From: an uncultured Ruminococcus sp.
GTDB taxonomy: Bacteria; Bacillota; Clostridia; Oscillospirales; CAG-382
Direction: 5' to 3'
NCBI GenBank assembly: GCA_964571635.1
Contig: CAZNCN010000006.1
Location: 838-64,837 of the forward strand
Length of the DNA: 64,000 bases
In this document: positions 55,325 to 64,000 of the stretch, piece by piece
Layout of the letters: each line of letters starts with the position of its first letter
How positions within the stretch are numbered: position 1 is the first letter of the stretch
Notes under the pieces: generated by a model
What the model was told of the DNA's origin: nothing
Database searches by the model: none
Seen by the model: only the letters and a program-made list of their open reading frames with translations
Translations under genes and position numbers: made by a program

Positions 55325-55734
55325 TTTTGCACCGAAACAAGCTCGCTGAATTTCATGACCGTGCCGAATAGATTGCTCATAACGAGATAGTTAGAGCGCA
55401 CAACGACCTTGTCGCCGACAGATACTTTGGCATAGTGATCTTCGTTCGGGAAAATAACGAGTGCATATGTCGCGCCGTCTTTGCAGTCGGACAGCTCGAT
55501 CGATGGTTTGCTGTGAACGTCGGGGCCGACCTTTTTTGCAATGCCGACGACCTCAAAGCGTTTGTCAACGTATTTTGCATAAAAGCTTTCGGCATCTGCG
55601 GCAAACTCGTCGCAGAGGGTTTTGACATCAAACGGTGCTGCCTGCTCGAGCAGCGGCATCGACGAGGTTTCGATTTTGTGGGTCTTTAGTGCCGACGGAT
55701 GCGCCGGGCTGAATTTGAGATTGTCGTTGTTCAT
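55321..55734 (-). CDS. Hypothetical OB-fold (tRNA_anti-like) protein
   Basis: LCDEFAADAESFYAKYVDKRFEVVGIAKKVG...VSVGDKVVV; ATGA-coupled to marR; AGGAG RBS. Confidence 0.7.
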   Translation of the reverse strand: MNNDNLKFSPAHPSALKTHKIETSSMPLLEQAAPFDVKTLCDEFAADAESFYAKYVDKRFEVVGIAKKVGPDVHSKPSIELSDCKDGATYALVIFPNEDHYAKVSVGDKVVVRSNYLVMSNLFGTVMKFSELVSVQK

Positions 55735-56162
55735 TGCTTTGTCTCCTTGCTGTGTATTATTTTTTTTAATATAGTTGCCAATTGTGTGCACTCATCGTCG
55801 GTCAGTGCGATCGTCATCTGCTTTTCTATCGTTTCGGTGAGCGAGATGAGCAGCGGTATCATCTCGAGGGCATTATCTGTCAGCCACAGCAACTTGCTGC
55901 GCCTGTCATCGGGATTTTCGATTCTTTGAACCAGCCCTTTTTTCTCTAAATTGTTTATAATTCCCGTGACTGTCGGGTTGGTCATGCCAAAGGCGTTCTC
56001 GAGATCTGTTTGCCTGATGTGCTGTTGTTGCTTGCGATATAAAAACATCAGCATTCTGAATTGCGCGCCTGTCAGCTCATATGGAGCGAGCAGGATGTTG
56101 GTGTCCTTCTCGGCGAGCAGAGCAGTCTTTTTTATGAGCATCGAGATCTTATCGTTTGCCAT
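55731..56162 (-). CDS. MarR-family transcriptional regulator
   Basis: LTGAQF, PTVTGIINNLEKKGLVQR...DDRRSKLLWLT. Confidence 0.93.
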   Translation of the reverse strand: MANDKISMLIKKTALLAEKDTNILLAPYELTGAQFRMLMFLYRKQQQHIRQTDLENAFGMTNPTVTGIINNLEKKGLVQRIENPDDRRSKLLWLTDNALEMIPLLISLTETIEKQMTIALTDDECTQLATILKKIIHSKETKQ

Positions 56163-56197
56163 ATTAAACCTCTTTTAGATAGTTTCCTATGTATTAT

Positions 56198-56226
56198 ATT
56201 ATACCATATAGCCTTGTCGATTGCAA
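56198..56226 (-). promoter_or_regulatory. Sigma-A promoter of the marR operon
   Basis: TTGCAA-17-TATAAT with TGn extension. Confidence 0.7.
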
Positions 56227-56282
56227 TACAAAAAGAAAAAAGGCTCTAAACTCGAATGTCAGAACCTTTTTTAATGAGATGA

Positions 56283-56699
56283 TCAGTTTGCTTTTGCTTC
56301 GCAATAGATGCAGCGATATACCTTGTGCTCTCTGTCGGTGAGCCTGAATATGTTGTCAAGCTCCTGCTCACACGAGGTTATGCACCTCGGATTTTTGCAT
56401 CTGATGACGTTGGTGAGCGTTTCGGGCAGGCACATCAACTTTTTTTCGACCAAAACACCGTTTTTGATGATGTTGACAGTCGCCTGAGGATCGACATAGC
56501 CGATAACATCGAGGTTGAGCTCAATGTCGGCATCGATCTTGATGATGTCCTTTTTTGTGGTCTTTTTGCTGCTTGCGTTTTTGATTATTGCGACCGAAGC
56601 GTCAAGCTCGTCGAGCCTCAAGAGCTCATAAAGCTTCATCGCTCTGCCTGCGGTTATGTGGTCGATGACGACACCGTTTTGAATCGAGTCTATCTTCAT
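56283..56699 (-). CDS. pyrI: Aspartate carbamoyltransferase regulatory chain
   Basis: [30 protein letters not shown]. Confidence 0.95.
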   Translation of the reverse strand: MKIDSIQNGVVIDHITAGRAMKLYELLRLDELDASVAIIKNASSKKTTKKDIIKIDADIELNLDVIGYVDPQATVNIIKNGVLVEKKLMCLPETLTNVIRCKNPRCITSCEQELDNIFRLTDREHKVYRCIYCEAKAN

Positions 56700-57619
56700 A
56701 TCGTTCCGGCCTCCTTGAGCAGTTTGAGTATCAGCGCCATGCGCATATATTTGCCGTTCAGAACCTGCTTGAAATAGCAGGCACGCGGATCGTTGTCGAC
56801 CGCGACACTGATCTCGTTGACGCGCGGCAGGGGATGCAGAATTGCGAGGTCGTTCTTTGCCGTCTGCAATTTATCGGGTGTGAGGATATAGCTGTCCTTG
56901 AGGCGCAGATAATCCTCTTCGTTAAAGAAGCGCTCGCGCTGTACTCTGGTCATATACAGTATGTCAAGCTCGGGCATTGCCGACTCGAGGTCTGCGGTCT
57001 CGCAATAATCGATGCCGTTTTTGATTATCACATCGTTTTTGACATAATCGGGCAATTTCAGCTCGTCCGGTGAAATGAGCACGAATTTAATGCCCTTATA
57101 TCTGCTCATGGCGTTTATGAGCGAGTGGACTGTTCTGCCGAACTTGAGGTCGCCGCAAAAGCCGACCACGAGGTCGTCGAGCCTGCCCTTTTCACGCTTG
57201 ATGGTCAGAAGATCGGCGAGCGTCTGGGTGGGGTGGCAGTGTCCGCCGTCGCCTGCGTTGATGACGGGAACGGTGGCGTTGTTCGCCGCAACGAGCGCAG
57301 CGCCCTCTTTGGGATGTCTCATTGCTATGATGTCAGCATAGCAGCTTATGACCTTGGCGGTATCGGCAACGCTCTCGCCCTTTGCCGCCGAAGAGCTTTT
57401 TGCCTCGGAAAAACCGATGACATTGCCGCCAAGCTCGTACATTGCCGCCTCAAAGCTCAGCCTCGTCCTGGTCGACGGTTCAAAAAACAGCGTAGCCAAT
57501 TTTTTGCCGTTGCATGCGTGCGAATATTTATTCGGCTGTGCGATGATGTCGAGTGACGTGTCGATCAGCCCATCGAGCTCTTCGACCGACAGATCTAAAA
57601 TGTCAATAACACTTTTCAT
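56696..57619 (-). CDS. pyrB: Aspartate carbamoyltransferase catalytic chain
   Basis: [34 protein letters not shown]. Confidence 0.97.
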   Translation of the reverse strand: MKSVIDILDLSVEELDGLIDTSLDIIAQPNKYSHACNGKKLATLFFEPSTRTRLSFEAAMYELGGNVIGFSEAKSSSAAKGESVADTAKVISCYADIIAMRHPKEGAALVAANNATVPVINAGDGGHCHPTQTLADLLTIKREKGRLDDLVVGFCGDLKFGRTVHSLINAMSRYKGIKFVLISPDELKLPDYVKNDVIIKNGIDYCETADLESAMPELDILYMTRVQRERFFNEEDYLRLKDSYILTPDKLQTAKNDLAILHPLPRVNEISVAVDNDPRACYFKQVLNGKYMRMALILKLLKEAGTI

Positions 57620-57675
57620 ATTAAAACTATCCTTTAAAGCTATCATTTAAAGCGAAATATGAGAAATAAGCCGAG

Positions 57676-58332
57676 TTAGTCTTTTGCACCGTTTATTTTA
57701 AGATAATTTTTTATTCTTTCGACATTCTCTTTGTTCTCGGGCTTTTCTTCAAGATACTCGATGATGTCATAAACGTCGACGACAGAATATACGGGGAAGC
57801 CGAATTCGTCGGCGACCTCTGACATGGCAGACTTCTCGGTCTGACCTTTTTCTTTGCGGTCGACCATGACAAAGCAGGCAGCGACCTTGACACCCTCGAG
57901 CTTTGAAAGTATCGACATGCTTTCTCTGATGGCGGTGCCTGCGGTGATGACGTCCTCAACTATGACGACTTCGTCGCCGCTTTGGGGCTTGTAGCCGACA
58001 AATACGCCGCCCTCGCCGTGATCCTTCTCTTCCTTGCGGTTAAAGAAGAAGGGAACATCGAGATCGTTCTTTGAAAGTGCGCACGCGACAGAAACTGCGA
58101 TGGGAATTCCCTTGTATGCAGGGCCATAGAGCACTGTGCGCTTTTTGCCGATCTTTTCAAAATAAGCCTTGGCATAAAACTCGCCGAGCTTTGATATCTG
58201 GTCGCCCGTCTTTATGTCGCCTGCGTTGATGAAATAGGGTATCTTTCTGCCGCTTTTTGCGGTGAAATCGCCGAATTTCAATACGCCTGCGCTCTCTAAG
58301 AATTGTATAAACTCTCTCTTATAGCTTTCCAT
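57676..58332 (-). CDS. pyrE: Orotate phosphoribosyltransferase
   Basis: KSGRKIPYFIN, GPAYKG, NRKEEKDHGEGG, VEDVITAGTA. Confidence 0.97.
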   Translation of the reverse strand: MESYKREFIQFLESAGVLKFGDFTAKSGRKIPYFINAGDIKTGDQISKLGEFYAKAYFEKIGKKRTVLYGPAYKGIPIAVSVACALSKNDLDVPFFFNRKEEKDHGEGGVFVGYKPQSGDEVVIVEDVITAGTAIRESMSILSKLEGVKVAACFVMVDRKEKGQTEKSAMSEVADEFGFPVYSVVDVYDIIEYLEEKPENKENVERIKNYLKINGAKD

Positions 58333-58363
58333 TGTCGTTTACTCCTTGAATTTTATATGTTGA

Positions 58364-59062
58364 TCAGTCAACAAATTCTCTGACGCAGCGTTCGTATGCG
58401 GCGACAGGGTCGGCGGCTGCGGTGATGGGTCTGCCGACGACAATATAGTCAGAACCTATCTCTTTTGCCTGGGCAGGTGTCATGACACGCTTTTGGTCGC
58501 CCTTGTCACCGTCGGCAAAGCGAACGCCGGGTGTGACAGTCAAAAATTCATCTCCGCACGCCTCGTGTACCTTGCCTGCCTCGAGAGGCGAGCATACGAC
58601 ACCGTCGAGTCCCGCTTTTTTTGCGTTGCGTGCATAATGCATAACGACCTCGTCGATAGGCTCTTTTATGAGCAGGTCTGTTTCCATGCTCTCCTGGCTG
58701 GTCGAGGTAAGCTGAGTAACTGCTATGAGCAAGGGTCTTGTGCCGTCGGGACGTGTGAGACCCTCGAGTGCCGCCTCCATCATGGCGATAGTGCCGCCTG
58801 CGTGCAGGTTGCAGATGTCAACGTCGAGGTTCGAAAGCACCGCCATCGACTTTTTGACAGTGTTGGGAATGTCGTGCAATTTGAGGTCGAGGAATATCTT
58901 GTGTCCGCGCTTTTTGAGCTCTCTTACTATCGAGGGGCCCTCGGCATAATAAAGCTCCATGCCTATCTTAACGAAAGGCTTTTTGCCTGTAAACTTGTCC
59001 AGAAATTCAAATGTCTGCTGTGCGCTCGCAAAATCGCAAGCGACTATCACGTCTTTGCCCAT
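58364..59062 (-). CDS. pyrF: Orotidine-5'-phosphate decarboxylase
   Basis: FLDLKLHDIPNT, VTQLTS, TPGVR, DQKRV, VGRPI. Confidence 0.97.
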   Translation of the reverse strand: MGKDVIVACDFASAQQTFEFLDKFTGKKPFVKIGMELYYAEGPSIVRELKKRGHKIFLDLKLHDIPNTVKKSMAVLSNLDVDICNLHAGGTIAMMEAALEGLTRPDGTRPLLIAVTQLTSTSQESMETDLLIKEPIDEVVMHYARNAKKAGLDGVVCSPLEAGKVHEACGDEFLTVTPGVRFADGDKGDQKRVMTPAQAKEIGSDYIVVGRPITAAADPVAAYERCVREFVD

Positions 59063-59973
59063 TATTTTACTCCTCCTATTATCGAGCGTATATTGTCTAT
59101 TTTGTATTTATCCAAAGTGCCGGGAAGTGCGTTTATGATGTCATAGCACGCGAACGGATCGATGAGGTTTGCCGCACCGATCTCTACTGCCGTAGCACCT
59201 GCGAGCATCATTTCGATGACGTCCTCTGCCGAAGAAACGCCACCCATGCCGATGACGGGTATTTTGACAGCGTGTGCCACCTGATAGACCATCCTCACTG
59301 CTACGGGGAAGATGGCAGGGCCCGAAAAGCCGCCCATCTTGTTTGCGATGACAGGCCTGCGCGTCTTGAGATCGATGCGCATTCCGAGCATGGTGTTGAT
59401 CAGGCTTATGCCGTCGGCACCTGCTGCTTCGCAAGCCACAGCTATCGCAACGATGTCTGTGACATTCGGCGAAAGCTTGACGATGACAGGTTTTGTTGTG
59501 ACCGCCTTGACTGCTCTGACTACCTCTGCGGCGGCATCGGGATCTGTGCCGAAGCTCATTCCGCCGCCGTGAACGTTGGGGCAGGAAACATTGACCTCGA
59601 GCCAGCCGACCTGGTCCTGCCTGTCGAGCAATTCGCAGGTGTAGGCATAATCTTCGACCGAAAAGCCGCTGACGTTTGCCATTACTTTTTTGTTAAAGCA
59701 TTTTGCGAGCTTTGGCAGCTCCTCGTTTATGACCTTTTCGACACCGGGATTTTGCAGACCGACGGCGTTTATCATGCCCGAGGTACACTCGGCGATGCGA
59801 GGGGTCGGGTTGCCGAAGCGTGCATCCTTTGTCGTGCCCTTGAATGAAAACGTGCCAAGGCAGTTGATGTCGTAAAGCTCTGCAAATTCATAGCCAAAGC
59901 CGAACGTTCCCGAGGCGGGTATGACGGGATTGTCGAGCTCTGTTCCGCAGAGGTCAACGCTTAATCTTCCCAT
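59062..59973 (-). CDS. pyrD: Dihydroorotate dehydrogenase 1B catalytic subunit
   Basis: ASGTFGFG, NAVGLQNPG, NVSCPN, KLSPNV, INT, GGFSG. Confidence 0.96.
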   Translation of the reverse strand: MGRLSVDLCGTELDNPVIPASGTFGFGYEFAELYDINCLGTFSFKGTTKDARFGNPTPRIAECTSGMINAVGLQNPGVEKVINEELPKLAKCFNKKVMANVSGFSVEDYAYTCELLDRQDQVGWLEVNVSCPNVHGGGMSFGTDPDAAAEVVRAVKAVTTKPVIVKLSPNVTDIVAIAVACEAAGADGISLINTMLGMRIDLKTRRPVIANKMGGFSGPAIFPVAVRMVYQVAHAVKIPVIGMGGVSSAEDVIEMMLAGATAVEIGAANLIDPFACYDIINALPGTLDKYKIDNIRSIIGGVK

Positions 59974-60695
59974 AATATCTCCTCCTTTTTCATGACAGGG
60001 CCGTCCTTGCATATGCGCTTGTAGCCTGCTATCGTTTTGCAACTGCAGCCCATGCAAGCACCAAAGCCGCAGCCCATTCTTTCTTCAAAGCTCATCTGAC
60101 CGCTTGTGACGGTGCTTTTGTATACTGCTTTGAGCATAGGCTCGGGGCCGCAGGTATAGAAATAACTGTAATCAATGGGGAATGCATCTGTGACAAACCC
60201 CTTTTTGCCGTGAGTGCCGTCGACTGTTGTGACTGTTACATCACAGCCGAGCGACTTGAATTCGTCCTCATAAAACACCTCACTTGCGGTGTTGAAGCCG
60301 AGCACGACAGACACTTGCCTGCCGTTTGCGACAAGCTTTTTTGCGAGCATATAAAGCGGCGGAACGCCCACACCGCCGCCCAGCAGCAGCGGTCTTTCGC
60401 CGGAGAGCGAAAGGTCATAGCCGTTGCCGAGGCCGGTCAGCACGTCGAGGCTTTCGCCGACGCACATTTTTGACATCTGCTCTGTGCCCTTGCCGACCAC
60501 CTTGTATATGATGGTCAATGTTTCGCCCTCTTTGTCGCAGACCGAGATGGGACGGCGCAAAAACAGCCCTTCGAGCCTGATGTTTATAAACTGACCGCAT
60601 TCCGTAACGCCGCTCGTGTCGCCGACGAGCCGCATTCTGTATACGCTGTCGGTGAGCGGCATATTTTCTGCGATAGTTAATATGACCTGCTTCAT
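59961..60695 (-). CDS. pyrK: Dihydroorotate dehydrogenase electron transfer subunit
   Basis: LRRPIS, GGGVGVPP, CGPEPM, EERMGCGFGACMGC...ICKDGPV. Confidence 0.95.
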   Translation of the reverse strand: MKQVILTIAENMPLTDSVYRMRLVGDTSGVTECGQFINIRLEGLFLRRPISVCDKEGETLTIIYKVVGKGTEQMSKMCVGESLDVLTGLGNGYDLSLSGERPLLLGGGVGVPPLYMLAKKLVANGRQVSVVLGFNTASEVFYEDEFKSLGCDVTVTTVDGTHGKKGFVTDAFPIDYSYFYTCGPEPMLKAVYKSTVTSGQMSFEERMGCGFGACMGCSCKTIAGYKRICKDGPVMKKEEILWED

Positions 60696-60708
60696 TGCAC
60701 GCTCCTTT

Positions 60709-63700
60709 TTACGAATCTATCGTCGATATCGTGAGCGTGGTCTCTTCGAGAACATCCAAAAGCACTCTGACGGTATCGAGCGATGTGAATATAGTGACGT
60801 TGTTTTCGGTTGCGAGGCGGCGTATCTGCAAGCCGTCGCTCTCTTGAACATCCGCACCGATGTCACGCGTGTTGATGACATAGGCGATGTGACCCTGTCT
60901 GATGGCATCGGGGATCTCTTCGCTGCCGCTGCTTATCTTTTGCAGGATGTGTGTGCGTATGCCGTTCTTTTTGAGGAATGCGGCAGTGCCCGAGGTCGCC
61001 TGAATGTTGAAGCCGAGGTTATAAAAGCGGCGTATCAGCGGCAGTGCCTCGTTTTTGTCTTTGTCGGACACCGTGACAAACACAGTGCCATAGTTTTGCA
61101 GATGCGTACCCGATGCCTGCAAAGCTTTATAAAGTGCACGGTTGAGCTTGTTGTCATAGCCTATCGCTTCACCTGTCGATTTCATTTCGGGTGAGAGGTA
61201 TGCATCAAGACCCTTGATCTTGTTGAACGAGAACACGGGAACTTTGACATAATATCTCTTCTTTTCGTCGGGATAGAGACAGAATATGCCCTGCTCCTTG
61301 AGCGATTTGCCGAGTATGACCTCTGTTGCGATGTCGGCGAGCGAATAGCCTGTCGCCTTTGAGAGGAACGGTACCGTTCTCGACGAGCGGGGATTGACCT
61401 CGATTATATAAACGTCGTCGTTTTGGTCGACGATAAACTGAATGTTATAAAGTCCGACGATGCCAATGCCGAGTCCGAGGCTCTTTGCATAGCATAATAT
61501 AGTGCCCTTGACCTTGTCTGAAATGCTGAATGTGGGATAAACGCTGATCGAGTCACCCGAGTGTATGCCTGTGCGCTCGACAAGCTCCATTATGCCGGGC
61601 ACAAACACATCTCTGCCGTCGCAGATAGCATCGACCTCGACCTCTTTGCCCTGAATGTATTTGTCGACGAGCACGGGCTTGTCGGCATCGATCTCGACTG
61701 CGGTCTTGAGGTAGTGGCGCAATTGCTTTTCGTTTGCGACTATCTGCATAGCACGGCCGCCCAGAACAAAGCTGGGACGAACGAGCACGGGATAGCCTAT
61801 CTCTGCTGCTGCGGCAACGCCGTCCTCGATCTTGGTGACCGCTCTGCCGGTGGGCTGAGGAATGCCGAGCTCCAAAAGTATCTTTTCAAAGCTGTCACGG
61901 TTCTCGGCACGCTCGATTGCGTCGCAGTCTGTGCCGATTATCTTGACACCGCGCTCCATCAGAGGCTGTGCAAGATTGATGGCGGTCTGTCCGCCAAGCG
62001 AAGCGATGACACCCTCCGGCTTTTCAAAATCGATTATAGCCATAACGTCCTCCGGTGTGAGAGGCTCGAAATAAAGCTTGTCGCCGGTGGTATAGTCAGT
62101 CGAAACGGTTTCGGGGTTGTTGTTGATGATTATCGCCTCATAACCTGCGCGCTTGATGGTCTGCACGGCGTGGACTGTCGAATAGTCGAATTCAACGCCC
62201 TGACCTATGCGTATCGGACCTGCACCCAAAACGATTATCTTCTTTTTGTCGGTGAGCCTTGACTCGTTCTCGCCTGTGTAGGTCGAATAGAGATATGCGA
62301 TATATTTGCCTGTGTGCAGTGTGTCGACCATCTTGAAAACAGGCGTTATGCCGTTTGACTTGCGCATAGTGTATATTTCGGTCTCTTTGACACCCCAAAC
62401 ATTTGCGATATATTCATCCGAAAAGCCTGTCTTTTTTGCTTCGGCAAGCACTTCGATGCTTCTTTCGGTCTGCAATCTCTTTTCAAGCGTTACGATGGTC
62501 TTGAAAGACTCGATAAAGAGGGGAGTGATCTTGGTGACCTCATGCAATTTTTCGACAGTCGCACCGCGGCGCAACAGTTCGAAAACGGCATAAATGTTGT
62601 CATCCTGGAAATCGGAGAGATATTCATAAAGCTCATCGTCGGTATATGAGTCGAATTTTGCCTTGCGGAAATGGCAGAGCCCTATCTCGAGCGAGCGGAC
62701 TGACTTGAGCAGGCATTCCTCGAGCGTAGAGCCTATGCCCATGACCTCGCCCGTCGCCTTCATCTGTGTGCCGAGCTTGTTGGGTGCGTCGGCGAATTTG
62801 TCGAACGGGAATCTCGGGAATTTTGCAACGATATAATCAAGCCTCGGCTCGATGGCTGCCGTGCCGCCTGCGACGGGAATATCCTCGAGCGCCATGCCGA
62901 GTGCGATCTTTGCGGTGACACGGGCGATGGGATAGCCGCTTGCCTTTGATGCAAGTGCAGACGAGCGCGAAACACGCGGGTTGACCTCGATGAGATAATA
63001 CTCGCTGCTGTACGGATTGAGCGCAAACTGCACGTTGCAGCCACCCTCTATCTTTAACTCGCGAATGATCTTGATTGCGCTGTCGCAGAGCATCTTGCGG
63101 TCGTGCTCGCTTAAAGACAGTATCGGAGCGACGACTGCCGAGTCGCCTGTGTGTACGCCGACAGGGTCGATGTTCTCCATTCCGCAGATGGTTATGGCAG
63201 TGTCGTTGCTGTCACGCATGACCTCGAATTCTATCTCTTTATAGCCCTTGACGCTCTTTTCAACCAGAACCTGATGCACGGGAGAGAGCTTGAAGGCGTT
63301 AAGACCTATCTCAACGAGCTCTTTTTCGTTATAAGCAAAGCCACCGCCTGTGCCGCCGAGCGTGAATGCGGGGCGCAGAACGACAGGATATCCTATCTCG
63401 AGTGCTGCCTTTTTTGCCTCTTCGATGCTGTATGTTATCTCTGAAGGAATGACCGGCTCGCCTATGGATTGGCACATTTCTTTAAACAGCTCTCTGTCCT
63501 CTGCACGCTCGATGCTTTCGCTGGATGTGCCGAGAAGCTCGACCTCGCATTCTTTGAGAATACCCTTTTTCTCGAGCTGCATAGCAAGATTAAGACCGGT
63601 TTGTCCGCCGATGCCCGGAACTATTGCGTCGGGACGCTCATAGCGCAGTATCTTTGCGATATACTCCAGAGTCAACGGCTCCATATAGACCTTGTCTGCG

Positions 63701-63879
63701 ATAGAGGTGTCGGTCATGATGGTCGCGGGATTTGAGTTGCAGAGTATGACCTCATACCCCTCTTCTTTGAGTGCGAGGCACGCCTGAGTGCCTGCATAGT
63801 CAAACTCAGCCGCCTGACCGATAACGATGGGTCCCGAACCTATGATCAAGACCTTTTTGATGTCTGTTCTCTTTGCCAT
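60709..63879 (-). CDS. carB: Carbamoyl-phosphate synthase large subunit
   Basis: GSGPIVIGQAAEFDY, two ATP-grasp halves (EVNPRVSRSS; EVNPRSSRT), C-terminal MGS domain. Confidence 0.98.
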   Translation of the reverse strand: MAKRTDIKKVLIIGSGPIVIGQAAEFDYAGTQACLALKEEGYEVILCNSNPATIMTDTSIADKVYMEPLTLEYIAKILRYERPDAIVPGIGGQTGLNLAMQLEKKGILKECEVELLGTSSESIERAEDRELFKEMCQSIGEPVIPSEITYSIEEAKKAALEIGYPVVLRPAFTLGGTGGGFAYNEKELVEIGLNAFKLSPVHQVLVEKSVKGYKEIEFEVMRDSNDTAITICGMENIDPVGVHTGDSAVVAPILSLSEHDRKMLCDSAIKIIRELKIEGGCNVQFALNPYSSEYYLIEVNPRVSRSSALASKASGYPIARVTAKIALGMALEDIPVAGGTAAIEPRLDYIVAKFPRFPFDKFADAPNKLGTQMKATGEVMGIGSTLEECLLKSVRSLEIGLCHFRKAKFDSYTDDELYEYLSDFQDDNIYAVFELLRRGATVEKLHEVTKITPLFIESFKTIVTLEKRLQTERSIEVLAEAKKTGFSDEYIANVWGVKETEIYTMRKSNGITPVFKMVDTLHTGKYIAYLYSTYTGENESRLTDKKKIIVLGAGPIRIGQGVEFDYSTVHAVQTIKRAGYEAIIINNNPETVSTDYTTGDKLYFEPLTPEDVMAIIDFEKPEGVIASLGGQTAINLAQPLMERGVKIIGTDCDAIERAENRDSFEKILLELGIPQPTGRAVTKIEDGVAAAAEIGYPVLVRPSFVLGGRAMQIVANEKQLRHYLKTAVEIDADKPVLVDKYIQGKEVEVDAICDGRDVFVPGIMELVERTGIHSGDSISVYPTFSISDKVKGTILCYAKSLGLGIGIVGLYNIQFIVDQNDDVYIIEVNPRSSRTVPFLSKATGYSLADIATEVILGKSLKEQGIFCLYPDEKKRYYVKVPVFSFNKIKGLDAYLSPEMKSTGEAIGYDNKLNRALYKALQASGTHLQNYGTVFVTVSDKDKNEALPLIRRFYNLGFNIQATSGTAAFLKKNGIRTHILQKISSGSEEIPDAIRQGHIAYVINTRDIGADVQESDGLQIRRLATENNVTIFTSLDTVRVLLDVLEETTLTISTIDS

Positions 63880-63897
63880 ACTTATTCCTTCCTGATA

Positions 63898-63929
63898 TGT
63901 TTATGTGTTTATGTGTTTATGTGTTTATG
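63898..63929. repeat. Tandem repeat (TGTTTATG)x4
   Basis: Four exact 8-bp copies filling most of the pyrC-carB spacer. Confidence 0.95.
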
Positions 63930-63930
63930 G

Positions 63931-64000
63931 TTAATTGGCTTTTGTATAGACCGTCCTGCCGCCGCAGACTGTCATAAGGCACTCGCCAAATACTTTGCTG
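63931..64000 (-). CDS. pyrC: Dihydroorotase, 3' end only (runs off the window)
   Basis: Manual translation ...SKVFGECLMTVCGGRTVYTKAN* resembles the amidohydrolase/PyrC C-terminal strand; pyr operon context. Confidence 0.72.
   Translation of the reverse strand, partial: SKVFGECLMTVCGGRTVYTKAN

Overview
Chromosomal window from a spore-forming Clostridia-class Firmicute. Gene content (ylbJ/yqfC/yqfD-like genes, sigma-A promoters, a sortase-type motif) points to a gut Oscillospiraceae/Ruminococcaceae-like organism; the taxonomy is inference. Most of it is housekeeping: rpmG-secE, serS, parAB, polA, rsmI, fba, recG, dusB, gdhA, a pyr operon, 3 tRNAs, two P-type ATPases and a yybP-ykoY riboswitch. 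I saw no intact mobile element, CRISPR array or rRNA. Most notable: (1) four dispersed genes that could form a non-cellulosomal cohesin-dockerin surface assembly (membrane-anchored cohesin, sortase-type anchored cohesin, cohesin-cohesin-X-dockerin adaptor, dockerin-bearing putative cell-wall hydrolase); (2) an unannotated 17-codon MgtL-like leader peptide plus terminator ahead of a CNNM/CorC Mg2+ transporter; (3) a highly structured ~300-bp element bounded by a perfect 49-bp duplication of the tRNA-Leu 3' end and terminator; (4) a MarR-headed operon with two paralogous OB-fold proteins among amidohydrolase, decarboxylase and reductase genes; (5) SecE carrying a signal peptide, acidic stalk and extra TM; (6) pyrC followed directly by carB, with no carA and an 8-bp x4 repeat between them. 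All domain calls are by-eye motif recognition, not database searches.
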